Assembly (NCBI RefSeq): GCF_001194135.2 | Contig: NC_069002.1 | Location: 17,712,390 to 17,772,560 of the forward strand | Direction of reading: 5' to 3' | Length of the DNA: 60,171 nt | From: Octopus bimaculoides | Lineage: Eukaryota | Shown here: one piece after another, positions 10,526 to 23,003 of the stretch | Position numbering within the stretch: the first letter of the stretch is position 1 | Layout: the number at the start of each line of letters is the position of its first letter | Position numbers and translations under genes: made by a program | Notes under the pieces: model-generated | The model's database searches: none | The model's input: the letters and a program-made list of their open reading frames with translations, nothing else | Told to the model about the DNA's origin: nothing

Positions 10526-11655
10526 AAGAAGAAGAAGAAGAAGAAGAAGAAGAAGAAGAAGAAGANNNNNNNNNNNNNNNNNNNNNNNNNNNNNNNNNNN
10601 NNNNNNNNNNNNNNNNNNNNNNNNNNNNNNNNNNNNNNNNNNNNNNNNNNNNNNNNNNNNNNNNNNNNNNNNNNNNNNNNNNNNNNNNNNNNNNNNNNNN
10701 NNNNNNNNNNNNNNNNNNNNNNNNNNNNNNNNNNNNNNNNNNNNNNNNNNNNNNNNNNNNNNNNNNNNNNNNNNNNNNNNNNNNNNNNNNNNNNNNNNNN
10801 NNNNNNNNNNNNNNNNNNNNNNNNNNNNNNNNNNNNNNNNNNNNNNNNNNNNNNNNNNNNNNNNNNNNNNNNNNNNNNNNNNNNNNNNNNNNNNNNNNNN
10901 NNNNNNNNNNNNNNNNNNNNNNNNNNNNNNNNNNNNNNNNNNNNNNNNNNNNNNNNNNNNNNNNNNNNNNNNNNNNNNNNNNNNNNNNNNNNNNNNNNNN
11001 NNNNNNNNNNNNNNNNNNNNNNNNNNNNNNNNNNNNNNNNNNNNNNNNNNNNNNNNNNNNNNNNNNNNNNNNNNNNNNNNNNNNNNNNNNNNNNNNNNNN
11101 NNNNNNNNNNNNNNNNNNNNNNNNNNNNNNNNNNNNNNNNNNNNNNNNNNNNNNNNNNNNNNNNNNNNNNNNNNNNNNNNNNNNNNNNNNNNNNNNNNNN
11201 NNNNNNNNNNNNNNNNNNNNNNNNNNNNNNNNNNNNNNNNNNNNNNNNNNNNNNNNNNNNAAGAAGAAGAAGAAGAAGAAGAAGAAGAAGAAGAAGAAGA
11301 AGAAGAAGAAGGAAAAGGAGAAGAAGGAAAAGGAGAAGAAGAAGAAGAAGAAGAAGAAGAAGAAGAAGAAGAAGAAGGAGAAAAAGGAGAAGGAAAAGGA
11401 GAAGAAGAAGAAGGAGAAGAAGGAAAAGAAGGAAAAGAAGAAGAAGAAGAAGAAGAAGAAGAAAAAGAAGAAGAAGGAGAAGAAGAAGGAAAAGGAGAAG
11501 AAGGAGAAGAAGGAAAAGGAGAAGAAGAAGAAGGAAAAGAAGAAGAAGGAAAAGCAGGAGGAGGAGAAGAAGAAGAAGAAGAAGAAGGAAAAGAAGAAGA
11601 AGGAAAAGGAGGAGGAGGAGGAGGAGAAGAAGAAGAAGAAGAAGAAGAAGAAAAT
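10526..11655 (+). repeat. (GAA)n and degenerate GAA/GGA/AAA polypurine tract spanning an N gap
   Basis: Pure GAA repeats flank gap 10566-11260; 11261-11654 is purine-only apart from one C. The poly-K and poly-S ORFs in the track are artefacts of this tract. Confidence 0.97.
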
Positions 11656-12409
11656 AGGGAGGAGGAGTAAAAGAGAGAGAGTAAAAACAAGTCTTGCTAG
11701 TTGAGCATTAAACTAATTATGAAGGGATGTGTGTGTTTTTGTTGGTTTTATAGTAGTGAGCTTAAAACCTCCAACAGTAACACAAGAATTTATAAATGTA
11801 TTATAGCCTGCAACAGTATATTGGTACCCTGCATCTTGCTATGAATAGTTTAGCTGCAGCAAAGAGGATTTACAATTGTTATGGAATCCTTGCATTGCAG
11901 ACTTTGATCTATTCTTGTTAAGATGCATGTGGTTAATGCTTGTACAGCATCCACTTCAATGGACAATTTTTATACCAGACTCTGAATTATAGACATTCAA
12001 TCGATATGTTAGTACAAATGCAGTAGCTGAGTGCAGTATATGCTGACACGTGAGCTTATACTCTACTGCAAGAAAGGAGCTAGGCTTGGGGTACAAAACA
12101 CTTCACATTACTTCAGTTTTTGTAGTCAGAACTTTGTGCTAGCCCAATATCATTGTCATCATCATCATCATCATCGTCACTGCCATCATTGTCATTATCA
12201 TTTTATCATCCATTTTCCCATACTTGCATGGATCAGATACATTGAGTTGAAGTGGGTTTTCTACAACTGGATGCCCTTCCTACCACCAACCTTCACCTGT
12301 TTCCAAGCAAAGTAATGTTTTCCCCCCATGGCCAGGCATGTTTTTGCAGAAGACTGGAAACAAATGGTGCTAGTTGTATGCTGACACTCATGTACAACAA
12401 TCACACAAT

Positions 12410-12490
12410 ATCAAGACAAGGAGAAAATCACAAACACACAGATATATGTTTGTGTATGTGTGTGTGTGTGAGTGTGTGTATAAATATATA

Positions 12491-12526
<36 letters not shown>

Positions 12527-12657
12527 TGTATACATGACAGGCTTCTTTTAGCTTCCATCTACCAAATTCATTCACAAAGCTTTGGTCAGTCTGGGGTTAT
12601 AATACATGACATCTGTTCCAGATGCCATGCAGTGAGATTGAACTTGAAACTATAAGT
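12410..12657 (-). mobile_element. SINE family C, partial, head-to-head with the next copy
   Basis: Reverse complement contains CAAGTTCAATCTCACTGCATGGCATC...GACCAAAGCTTTGTGAATGAATTTGGTAGATGGAAGCTAAAAGAAGCCTGTC followed by microsatellite. Confidence 0.8.
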
Positions 12658-12675
12658 TTAGGAACTATATACATA

Positions 12676-12832
12676 TGTGTGGTAAGTAGCTTGCTTACCA
12701 ACCACATGGTTCCGGGTTCATTCCCACTGCGTGGCACCTTGGGCAAGTGTCTTCTGCTATAGCCTCGGGCCGACCAAAGCCTTGTGAGTGGATTTGGTAG
12801 ACGGAAACTGAAAGAAGCCTGTCGGATATATG

Positions 12833-12875
<43 letters not shown>

Positions 12876-13086
12876 TTGTGTGTCTGGTGTTTGTCTCCCC
12901 ACCATCGCTTGACAACCGATGGTGGTGTGTTTATGTCCCCGTAACTTTGCGGTTCGGCAAAAGAGACCGATAGAATAAGTACTAGGCTTACAAAGAATAA
13001 GTCCTGGGGTCGATTTGCTCAACTAAAGGTGGTGCTCCAGCATAGCCGCAGCCAAATGATTGAAACAAGTAAAAGAGTAAAAGAGT
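12676..13086 (+). mobile_element. SINE family C, near full length
   Basis: TGTGTGGTAAGTAGCTTGCTTACCAACCACATGGTTCCGGGTTCATTCCCACTGCGTGGCACCTTGGGCAAGTG, internal (TG)n, 3' module and GTAAAAGA tail. Confidence 0.92.
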
Positions 13087-14672
13087 ATATATAATTATAT
13101 ATATAACTCTATGGTTACACAACCATGCCTACTGTTTGATTATATATATAAAGTAATGAAAGGTACACTAAGCTGTAATGGTTAAAATAATGAAAATTAT
13201 TTAAAATAATATAAATTTATTTTAATCCTTGCAGTTATGTATGCCTTTAATTAATTCCAGCCTGACGAAGTTTTGTTCACACCAGTAAATTTATTATTTG
13301 TTGTTTGCAACACCAAGTGCACCTCAACCTGAAACAGCTCCCTCCAAAGGTTATGACTTAAATATTTTTATATGATTAATATTAGCTGATATAAACATTG
13401 GCTGGTTGATTGCTCTGGTCATGCTTTACAGCATATGGAGAGAGAGAGAGAGTAAAATAAAGGTACTGAGAGAGTTTACATAAGAGGTGCAGGATGAGTG
13501 CCTTATAACTTTATGAAATTTTACAGAGATAGGTCTCCAGGAGCATATTGCGATTATGTTGATGAAATTTAGGCTAGTCATCAGCATCATTATCATCATC
13601 ATTTACTGTCCATTTTCCATGCTGGCATGGTTTGACTGGAACTGGTAAAGCGGAGAGCTGCACCAGGTTCCAGTCTGTTTTGGCTTGGTTTCTACAGTTG
13701 GATGCCCTTCCTAATGCCAACCACTCAACAGAGTGTACTAGGTGCCTTTTGCATGTCACCAGCATGGGTGCCTCTCATGTGTCACCAGCACGGGTGCCTC
13801 TCACATGTCACTGGCACTGGTAGCATATACAAGTGAGAAATTTGTTTTATCTATTAATTAATTTTCATTTCATCATTTTATATAAGCACCAAGGAATTTA
13901 GGGATAGTTAAATTATAATTTATGCCATATTTCCTGATATGAACCATAGTGGGAAAAGTATATTTCCAAAGTTATCCATCATATGACAGGTAATATTACA
14001 ATAATGATAACTGAGTCACATGAAAATGACTCCGCCATGAATCAAATCTCATTAGAGGTTTGGTTTGAAGGAAGCTCATCTTGATTATAATGCATATATG
14101 GTTATATTTCACATTTAGTTATATACAAAAGTGGGAGAAATATACAGGCACAAGCAGATATATACTGGTTTTAGAAATATCATAAACTAAGATCTTAGAA
14201 GAGTTTTGAAGCTATATTATGAAAATGTTTACAAATCTCCAAATTTCCAGATCAAGCAAGTCCATCAAATGTTTCATTATATTCTAGTTTTAGTCTATAA
14301 AATAATAAGAAAACCTAACTCAATGCACTAAAAACTCAAGGACCATGCAGCATACTGTTTTCATCACCACCAGCAGGAACTTAACTGTCAACTCCTAATG
14401 GGCTTAATTCTTAAGAGTTGGGGACAATATGCTGCAAATAATCTTAGAAATCTAATAATGATGAACTATCTCCCTTTTCCTCATTGTTAACTTAACTCCC
14501 ACTATCCCCCTGTGCTAGTCTAAATCATAGCAGGTTGTAGGTATGCCTCATTTACTAAATTTAATTCTGCCACAAAAATACCAAAGGGGAACAATATAAT
14601 TATTTTGGTTGCTGGTACTGATATAAGTTGCACTAAAAAAATGGTTTATCCTTTATATTGGAAATCTATATG

Positions 14673-14770
14673 GTCGTCTGCGTCTGATGAGAGCAGTTTC
14701 TTTCAAATTGATGTAATGTTTTCATTGATCGATTAAATGGAGTCGCTTGAAATGGCCGTAATGCACCGAT
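14673..14770 (+). ncRNA. Type I hammerhead ribozyme fold, intact core, long loop II
   Basis: Stem I TGCGT 14679-83 / ATGCA 14761-65, extended by GTCG / CGAT; CTGATGA 14684-90; stem II GAGC / GCTT (14691-94 / 14745-48) with a 50-nt loop; GAAA 14749-52; self-complementary helix III A-TGGCCG-T; GUA triplet 14758-60. The long loop adds degrees of freedom, so a chance match is not excluded. Confidence 0.6.
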
Positions 14771-14897
14771 ATCTGGAAATCCTTGTTACTTATTTGCTTT
14801 TTATTCACCAACCTACAAGCTGTGCAGACTTAACCGAAGAGACTTGGTGCCTCAATTTAAGTACCTAATTCAACTGAATCTCAATTATTTCTATATA

Positions 14898-14943
<46 letters not shown>

Positions 14944-15152
14944 TTTATGTATATATTAATATTATCTCAGTTTTAAAAAAACCTTTGACAATGTAAATAT
15001 GTTAATAGTTACCAGAGGTAGCAAAATTACACTAAAAAACCAAGATATCACAGCCGTTTTATAGGTAGAGATACCAAGTTAAAGTGATACATTTTGAGAA
15101 GATATGAATAATAACAATAAATGGAGCAAAACACACATAAATAAAAGTTCCT

Positions 15153-15247
15153 TTAATTCCTACACATGTTTCAAAATATATGAGAGCTCTTCTACAAAGA
15201 AGTAAGAGCTGCTGGAATTCCACATATATTCATCTTCAGGGAATCAA
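15153..15247 (-). ncRNA. Type I hammerhead ribozyme fold, intact core (best-formed example)
   Basis: Minus strand: 8-bp stem I TTGATTCC / GGAATTAA; CTGAAGA (15239-33); 9-bp stem II GAATATATG / CATATATTT with an internal AGCTCT / AGAGCT hairpin in the loop; GAAA (15172-69); helix III ACATGTGT (ACACGTGT palindrome after CpG decay); GUA triplet, predicted cut between 15161 and 15160. Confidence 0.82.
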
Positions 15248-15529
15248 CATATAAAAGCAAGACAAATGCGAAATGATGAAGTGACTTACGAGCCAAGATG
15301 TTACTGCACTGAATTTAGGACATTTATATTACTTATGAAGTATTCTATATTTTTCAGCTAGAATGTAGTTGTGTCACAAGGGGATGGTATAAACCTAGCA
15401 ACATGTGTTTTATAATGAAAACAGAATTTCCATTCAAATGGCAATTACTGGACAATTTTCTGTTTGAGTCTAATCGTTTTAAGTTGTAGTGGAAACTGCA
15501 TCTCATCTAGGCTAATTCTCTCCCTAATT

Positions 15530-16003
15530 AGTTGGGCTATGACCTTCTCTGTAACTTTCATCACCTGATCCAATAATTTGATACCCCTATAGTCATTTCT
15601 ATCTAAAGCATCACCTTTACCTTTGTAGCATTTGACTATGGTGCTACTACACTAGTCATTGGGTGTGACTCCTTCATGAACTACTTGATTTACGATGCGG
15701 GTGACAAGACCATAACCCACACCGCCCAATATTTTAAGCATCTCAGCAGTGATTCCTGATGGACCAGGTGCTTTCTCTGTCTTCTTATCCTTAATTGCTT
15801 TATCTATCAGGGTACTATCAATTCGGGTAGCTGATCCCTCAATTAGGTCAACCTTTGGCAGACTCTCCTCCCCCCATTCATTCTCCACATTCAGCAGTCT
15901 TTCATAGTGGCATCACCAAGCCTCTTTCTTTGCTGAATCATTAAACGCAAGGGTACCATCATTCATGCGGATACATTTCTCTCCTATGACATCACAATTT
16001 TCT
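15530..16003 (-). mobile_element. RTE LINE ORF2 internal fragment (pre-RT and start of RT)
   Basis: DGTLAFNDSAKKEAW*CHYERLLNVENEW...KAPGPSGITAEMLK...CYKGKGDALDRNDYRGIKLLDQVMKVTE; colinear with 46570-47030. Confidence 0.93.
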
Positions 16004-17067
16004 CTCACACACTGTCATGTAGAAAACTGTGATGTAATAGGAGAGAAATGTGTCCGCATGGATGATGGTGCCCTTATATATATACATACATACAAATACA
16101 CACACACACACACACAGACACACACACATACATAGATGAATTAAGATATCTAACCTAACTTGTATGTGTTGTTTATAACACAGTAGATTGTGATAAATGT
16201 TCAGAGAAGTCATTTCATGCAGACGACAAAAGCTAAAAAAAACAATGACTATGTTGTTGTTTTACAAAATTTCCTCAGCACCAATAGATGGCATTGTTGT
16301 ATCATGGGATTTCACCATAAATTGTGAATCATGAGTAACAGGCACCCAAACACCAAATTGAAAATCAGTCAATCATTATAGCTTAACACTGGTTAAATAA
16401 TCAGTGATGTCACAAAAAACTGGTTGGCTGTTTATACATTAGCCAGCTATTCATGACATTTAGCTGACTGTTTAGCCAATGTTAAACTGTATTGGTTTGA
16501 CAGATTTTCAATCTGGCCTTTGGAGTTTGGTTGCCAGTTGCTGATGATCTGCAATTTACTGTGAAATCACATGATACATCAGTGGCCATCCACCCGTGCT
16601 GATGAAATTCCATCAACCAATATAATCTATGCTTTTTAGCATTTCTTGTCTAACACAAGAAGATTTCTCTGGTCGTTTAATGCAGAATATGGCATTATAA
16701 ACAACACGTAAAAGTTAGGCTGGATGTGGTAATTAATATTCATTACAAAGACTGCTTCTGTCACTATTAACTAACACACACACATACATAAAGATGCATA
16801 CACACATACATACATACAAACACGCATACATACACGTACATAGACACATACATACATACATAAATAAATACATACATACATACATACATAATATGGGAGG
16901 AATGCGGAAAGATAATCCTTGGAATAGAATATATAGCAACTGTTGATGAGGGTTTCAGTTTTGTCATGTTAACAGGCAAATGCTTTTGGACAACATCATG
17001 AAGATTTCCCAAAACCTTTCTTCAAATTATTTCTCTTTCCATCTCTCTCATTCTCCCCCTCTCTCTG

Positions 17068-17099
<32 letters not shown>

Positions 17100-17366
17100 G
17101 CTCACACATTTGTTCTCCATTTTTCACACACAAAACCACCCATACACTCATGCACACAAACAGAAACACATACATAAGCATACAGACACATAACATGCAC
17201 CCAAAAATGTATGCAAGCACAAATATATACATGTATATATCTGCACAAACACACACACACACGTATGTACATACGCAAAACATTTCTTCTTCTAAGAACA
17301 GTTCAAGTTTTCTTCCGATGGCTTCTGCCAGTGCTTGGCCACTTGCCAAAAATTCTCTTTCCCTCC

Positions 17367-17398
<32 letters not shown>

Positions 17399-19162
17399 AA
17401 AGGGAGTGAATGCACTTAGAATCTCTAGTGAAGTGTGATATTGTATAGCAGTGAAACAGAAATACTCCCAGTAATTGAACACAAATGAGTTGACTATGGT
17501 GTGTGGTTGGATGTGTAATCTTTGACTTACAAAAATTACTGTTGTTGTTATTATTGTTGTGTTTTTGCAAAGGCAAAAAAGCTGTCTCCATAACTTTCAC
17601 AGGCCTTCTGAGTCTGATGAGAATAATCCTGTCTATGTTTAGCTTGAATATAGGATGGGGTCATAGATGCGTAGTTAAGATATTTGTTTTGCAACCCCAG
17701 GATGACCAATAGTTTGTGAGTTTACTTACATAGCTGGAAACTGTGTGGTTGACTGGAGGTAGGTAAGAGAGAGAGAGAGAGAGAGGAAGAGGAGGAGGAG
17801 CAGGAGGGAGTAACATTGATTGTGATAGTGACTGTAGATGAATTTAAATATATTTGCTCTTGTTGTTCTTGCTTAGCAGCAGGTCATTTCTAATAATGCA
17901 AAGCTAGGAAAAAAAGCATTCTTGCTGTTACCATACCATAATTTAACCAATGTAGTGGGCTTTTTTGTTGTTGTTGCTGTTGTTGTTGATGATGGGATAT
18001 TTTCTGTTTAGCTGCCACTTTGCAATTTCTTCAATTTCTGTTCCAAATGATATCATATTTGGTGTACTGATGCAGTTTTGTATGCTAATCATTGACATGA
18101 AATTCATTTTCACCATAAATCAATAAAGAATTAATAGCTTTTAAAGTTTGCAAATTTTGGGTAAATGTAAGCCACAGACACATTTATGCCTATTTCCATA
18201 GTAACAAGCCAAACATGGGAACTCTTTCGTCTACAAACAAGCACGTGTTGACAAATGTACTTTATGAGAAACCACATGCATTGACTCTGTGTTCTGCTGC
18301 TTGTGCCCATCTGTTGCTTGTACCCTGGTCATGAGATGTGCTAAAAATAACAGCTAAACAGGCCTTAAATCACACACCTCACCCCTCTTTTTTTTTGGTT
18401 TTTGCATAATTGTTTGAATTCCTGTGTATAGAACACAAATTTGCAACCGTTTTCTGAAAATTCCAAAAATAAGAAAGTTATGAGGAGGTTATATGTCATG
18501 CATAACAGAATTTGATTTGTTTACAGTCTCATATCAAAATGTACCATTTTCAATTTGTGCTGTCACACACAAAATGACAGTTTCCAAATCCTGTTTTCTG
18601 AGTGAGTAAAAATTATCAAATTTTAAACCTCTATAACTATTTTAAAAAAAATTTCTAGAAAAAGTGAAATACTCACTGAGATTCAGTATCAATACACCAA
18701 ATTTTTAAATTTTCCCTAAACTTTGAAATTTCCACAAGTGCAGCCAAACAGAAAGGATCCTGTTGATGCCTTATAGCATGATTTAAAGGAATTCACTATA
18801 AATTTCAATGTTTTAGCATTTGATCTGCAGCTCAGAAATTTGGTTAAAAATAAACATAAAGAATGACACAAGGTCATACATTTTGGGGAACTTATAGTTG
18901 ATTGTTGTGTGGTATGCATTAGATTGACCCTTAAATTACTCTTGACCAATAATTTGCCAAAGGCAATCAAATGCGTGACCATAGTTTTTGTTGAGTGGTG
19001 CAGCTCAGTCCTAATCCAGCAAAATCAGGGCATGAGGTAATCGAATGACAGATGTGATCGCAGATCCATAGTTTCAGATATGGCATATCTCTCAGTCTAG
19101 ATGAGGTTCATACTGCACATTTTGATATACAATGTTTAATTGCGTGTAGTATAGTACTGTGG

Positions 19163-19550
19163 GAGGCGCAATGACCCAGTGGTTAGGGTAGCGGACTCGC
19201 GGTCATAGGATCGTGGTTTCGATTCCCAGACCGGGCATTGTGAGTGTTTATAGAGCGAAAACACCTAAAGCTCCACGAGGCTCCGGCAGGGGATGGTGGC
19301 GAACCCTGCTGTATTCTTTCACCACAACTTTCTCTCACTCTTACTTCCTGTTTCTGTTGTGCCTGTAATTCAAAGGGTCAGCCTTGTCACACTGTGTCAC
19401 GCTGAATATCCCCGAGAACTACGTTAAGGGTACACATGTCTGTGGAGTGCTCAGCCACTTGCATGTTAATTTCACAAGCAGGCTGTTCCATTGATTGGAC
19501 CAAATGGAACCCTCGACGTCGTAAGCGACAGAGTGCCAACAAACAACAAC
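19163..19550 (+). mobile_element. tRNA-derived SINE, family B (full length, with TSD)
   Basis: GAGGCGCAATGACCCAGTGGTTAGGG...GGTTTCGATTCCC head; AACAAACAACAAC tail; 12-bp direct repeat ATAGTACTGTGG at 19151-19162 and 19551-19562. A decayed 3' piece lies at about 23530-23650 (minus). Confidence 0.93.
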
Positions 19551-20487
19551 ATAGTACTGTGGTATGGTCATATTGTACTTTCTTCTCCATTTTGTCTGTC
19601 TGTAGTTTCTGGTAGTAGGCCTTAACAGAGGTGGACAAGCTGAACTTGTATTCAATCATGACTTTTCCAATCAAAGACAACAAAATGGCAGTCATAAGAG
19701 TGTTGGATAGAATGTCTCAAGGTATTTGTTCCGACTCTCTGTGCTTGTAGTTCAAATCCTACCAAGGTCAACTTTGCCTTTTATTCTTTCAGGGTCAATA
19801 AAAAGAAAATACCAGTCCAGGGTGATGAATTTGCAGAAATAATGCTAGAGTGTTGGGCAGGATTCCTTGTGGTATCTGTTTGGGCTCTGTGCATTCTGAG
19901 TTCAAATCCCACCTCATCACCAGAAAAAAAAAAAACAGTGACATTTCTGTCAGGAGTTGCAACCTACAGACGGTATCAAAATTACATACACCACCACCAC
20001 CACCATCACCACCAGAAAACAGGGAAGATATTTGGAGGATGCATTAGTGTCATTACTCAAAGATTCCTTGAACTCTCATTTTATGATGAAGCAATGGAAA
20101 TAATTTGATTCCTGTTGCCTGAAGAGTGAGGACTGATGGAAACTAAGTGACAATACAAAAGTCAAGTAAATATACTCTTTAACTTGTTTCAGTCATTTGA
20201 CTGCGGCCATGCTGGAGCACCGCCTTTTGTTTATATTTTATAATACATATCAATTATTTTTTCTCTTTTTCTTTATAAATAACATATTCACATATGTATG
20301 TAGGTATGTACATACATACATGTATGTAAGTATTTAAAATACGAATTTATGTAGATATTATAATAATATACACATATATCACATATACAAATGCATGTAT
20401 GAATATTTGTGTGTTTCAGAAAAAAAATTCAGTATATGCATTTGGGTGTAATATATGAAAGATGGATGTTAAACAATGATAATGAGG

Positions 20488-20534
<47 letters not shown>

Positions 20535-20609
20535 TACACGTACACATGTGCACACACACGCGTGTGCATGCACACACACACACCACCGCCCTCATTAATA
20601 TTATTTCAC

Positions 20610-21400
20610 ACTTTTTTTTTTGTAGGCTGGCATAGATTGGATGGTTTGACAGGAGCTGACAAGAGTGGGAGCCACACAAGGCCCCATTGTCTGCTTTGGC
20701 ATGGTTTCTACAACTCGATCCCTTCCTAATGCCAACCACTTTACAGATTGTACTGAATACTTTTTTACATGGCACTAGCACTGGTGCTTTTTTATGTGGC
20801 ACCATCACCAGCAGGGTCACCAAGTACTTTTCAAGACAAATACCCTTCAACTGGGAGCAGTTGGAAAAGAAAAGAGAGTAAGTTAGAGAGCAAGATAAAG
20901 AGAGCGAGTAAATCAGGAAGACAAAGAGAGCGCTAGTGACAGAGATGATGGAGAAGACATGTCAGGACATGCACTGGTGGGAGGAGAATAAGTGAGGTGT
21001 TACAGAGGTTTGAACTGGGTGAATGGGCAGGATAGGAGTGACTGTAGCAAATGCTGGAGACAAATATAGGAGAGGCTTGGGAGTGGGGAGTGAGTTGCAG
21101 TAGATATATGAGGGTAGTGAAGATGAGGGGAGAGACAGCATAGAAAGGAAGTGACTGCTGGAGACTGTAGGTGAGGGAAATGGAAAAGGTTCAGGGTGGA
21201 GGAAGAAAGGTAACTGAGAAAGCAAGGGGATGTAGTCCGTGCCTATTCTGCTCTCAGGTGATAGAGAAGTGATGGGTGTCGGCGGATGAACTGTGAAGGG
21301 AAATGGTTGATGGAACAGAAAGGATGGAACAGAAAGGATAGAGGTGAAGGTGGAGCAGAGTTCCTCATGGACAAACATTACGAAAGTGGTTTTCAGACAT
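20610..21400 (-). mobile_element. RTE-family 3' UTR variant: pyrimidine-rich segment plus family D tail
   Basis: Minus strand reads a CT-rich segment containing ATATCTACTGC, then (CT)-rich sequence, then the D tail. The same order follows the RTE ORF end at 29270-29770. Confidence 0.55.
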
Positions 21401-21551
21401 CGATTCTACTGCAGTGGATGGGTCTTCTTGAGTACAGTAATGTGCTAGGTATCTTGGCCTTTTGTCATCTCTTTCGTAAGGCTCAGCATCTTCAGACTGG
21501 CCTTCAATACTTCAGCATACATATGTATGTATAAATATATGTATATAAATA

Positions 21552-21715
21552 GGCGCAGGAGTGGCTGTGTGGTAAGTAGTTTGCTTACCAACCACATAGT
21601 TCCGGGTTCAGTCTCACTGCGTGCACCTAGGGCAAGTGTCTTCTACTATAGCCTCAGGCCGACCAAAGCCTTGTGAGTGGATTTGGTAGGTGGAAACTGA
21701 AAGAAGCCCATCGTG

Positions 21716-21763
<48 letters not shown>

Positions 21764-21827
21764 NNNNNNNNNNNNNNNNNNNNNNNNNNNNNNNNNNNNN
21801 NNNNNNNNNNNNNNNNNNNNNNNNNTG

Positions 21828-21884
<57 letters not shown>

Positions 21885-22095
21885 GTGCTTGTGTGTCTGT
21901 GTTTGTCCCCCCAATATTGCTTGACAACCGATGCTGGTGTGTTTACGTCCCCGTAACTTAGTGGTTCGGCAAAAGAGACCGATAGAATAAGTACTAGGCT
22001 TATAAAGAATAAGTCCTGGGGTCAATTTGCTCAACTAAAGGCAGTGCTCCAGCATGGCCACATTCAAATGACTGAAACAAGTAAAAGAGTAAAAG
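21552..22095 (+). mobile_element. SINE family C, full length, N gap in its internal microsatellite
   Basis: GGCGCAGGAGTGGCTGTGTGG (box A), GGGTTCAGTCTC (box B-like), CCTAGGGCAAGTG (CORE-like; ACCTTGGGCAAGT in other copies, as in MIR-type CORE SINEs), (TA)/(TG) tract, 3' module, tail. Confidence 0.93.
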
Positions 22096-23003
22096 GGAGA
22101 GAGTAAATACATATCCATACACACACACACACACATTTATACTCACATACATAAAACTATACATATAAATGCGTGAAATGGGAGAGAGAGCAAGAGACAG
22201 ATAAAATGCACATACATATGTCTAAGCATATATGTACATGCATATGTGCATACAAATATACGTGCATACAGGTATATTTTGATTTTATATCTGCAGAAGT
22301 CTGTATGAAACCATAGTCGTTAGCTTGGCGAAGTTCAGTAATCACCCAGTGAACACAGAGTCTATAATGGCAATTGTGTAACATTTTATATTAAAGGTAA
22401 TTGTGTAAGACAAATAATAAACTGGATAAGGAAAAGTCGAAGCTTGGTACTGGCATTGAGTATATATCTGGAGACAGATGCATTCTTCATTCACTTGATA
22501 ACTCTGGAACAGTAATATAATTGCAAACAGCCAGCAGGTACAGGCGACAGCAACAACAAAATACTACAACAATAACAATAACTAAAAGAGCAATATAAGC
22601 TGTAGCCATTTGGTTGTATTTAATAATCATTGTCATAGCAATATTATTGCTGTTTAGCTTCAGGTCAATCTAACTGAGAATATCTAGAATCAAACGATTT
22701 CCAACTGTGGCCATCCTGTCTTTTTGTGTATCATGGATTACAGTGGTCAATGTATCCTTTTCTTTTTATGATGGTAAAGTGTGGTTTGGGAGGAATCTGG
22801 TTGCTATTTCTAGCAGGCTGAACGACTGCACAGAGGCTGATGGTGGTGGTGGTGGTGGTGGTGGTAGTTGTGGTGGCAGTGAAATCATGTTGTTAGCTCA
22901 AATCTTTCTGTGGTTGACTTTATCTTTCATCCCTCTAAGGATCATTAAATGAATTCTTGCATACATTCTTTCATTCATTCATTTATTCATCTATCTGTAT
23001 ATA

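Noticed and set aside
10397-11704. 435-aa poly-Lys/Glu ORF and the opposite poly-Ser ORF
   Set aside because: Translation of a (GAA)n tract and an N gap. The same applies to the many CV/YI/TH/NNN ORFs in the track.
14828-14862. ACTTAA-CCGAAGA...TTAAGT, possible second hammerhead
   Set aside because: No GAAA or NUH elements; noted only as context for the 14673 motif.
16530-16610. CTGATGA...GAAA...ATA hammerhead-like, or C/D-box snoRNA-like, segment
   Set aside because: Stem II does not pair, stem I is broken and there is no terminal snoRNA stem; CTGATG pairs better with CATCAG as a simple hairpin.
17731-17753. Possible 23-nt minus-strand microexon with a GTAAGT donor
   Set aside because: The acceptor is supplied by a (CT)n microsatellite; such signals arise by chance at this scale.
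19060-19110. Minus-strand CTGAGA-GATAT(GCC)ATATC-T-GAAA fold
   Set aside because: The core is one base short and helix III/NUH do not fit; too degenerate to call.
19163-19235. tRNA-like cloverleaf (also the heads of families A, C and E)
   Set aside because: SINE head: continuous with a repeated body and tail and flanked by TSDs; no proper acceptor stem.
21455-21500. Minus-strand CTGAAGA...GAAA spacing
   Set aside because: Stem II and stem I do not pair; the flanking GGCC sequences are only a short repeat.
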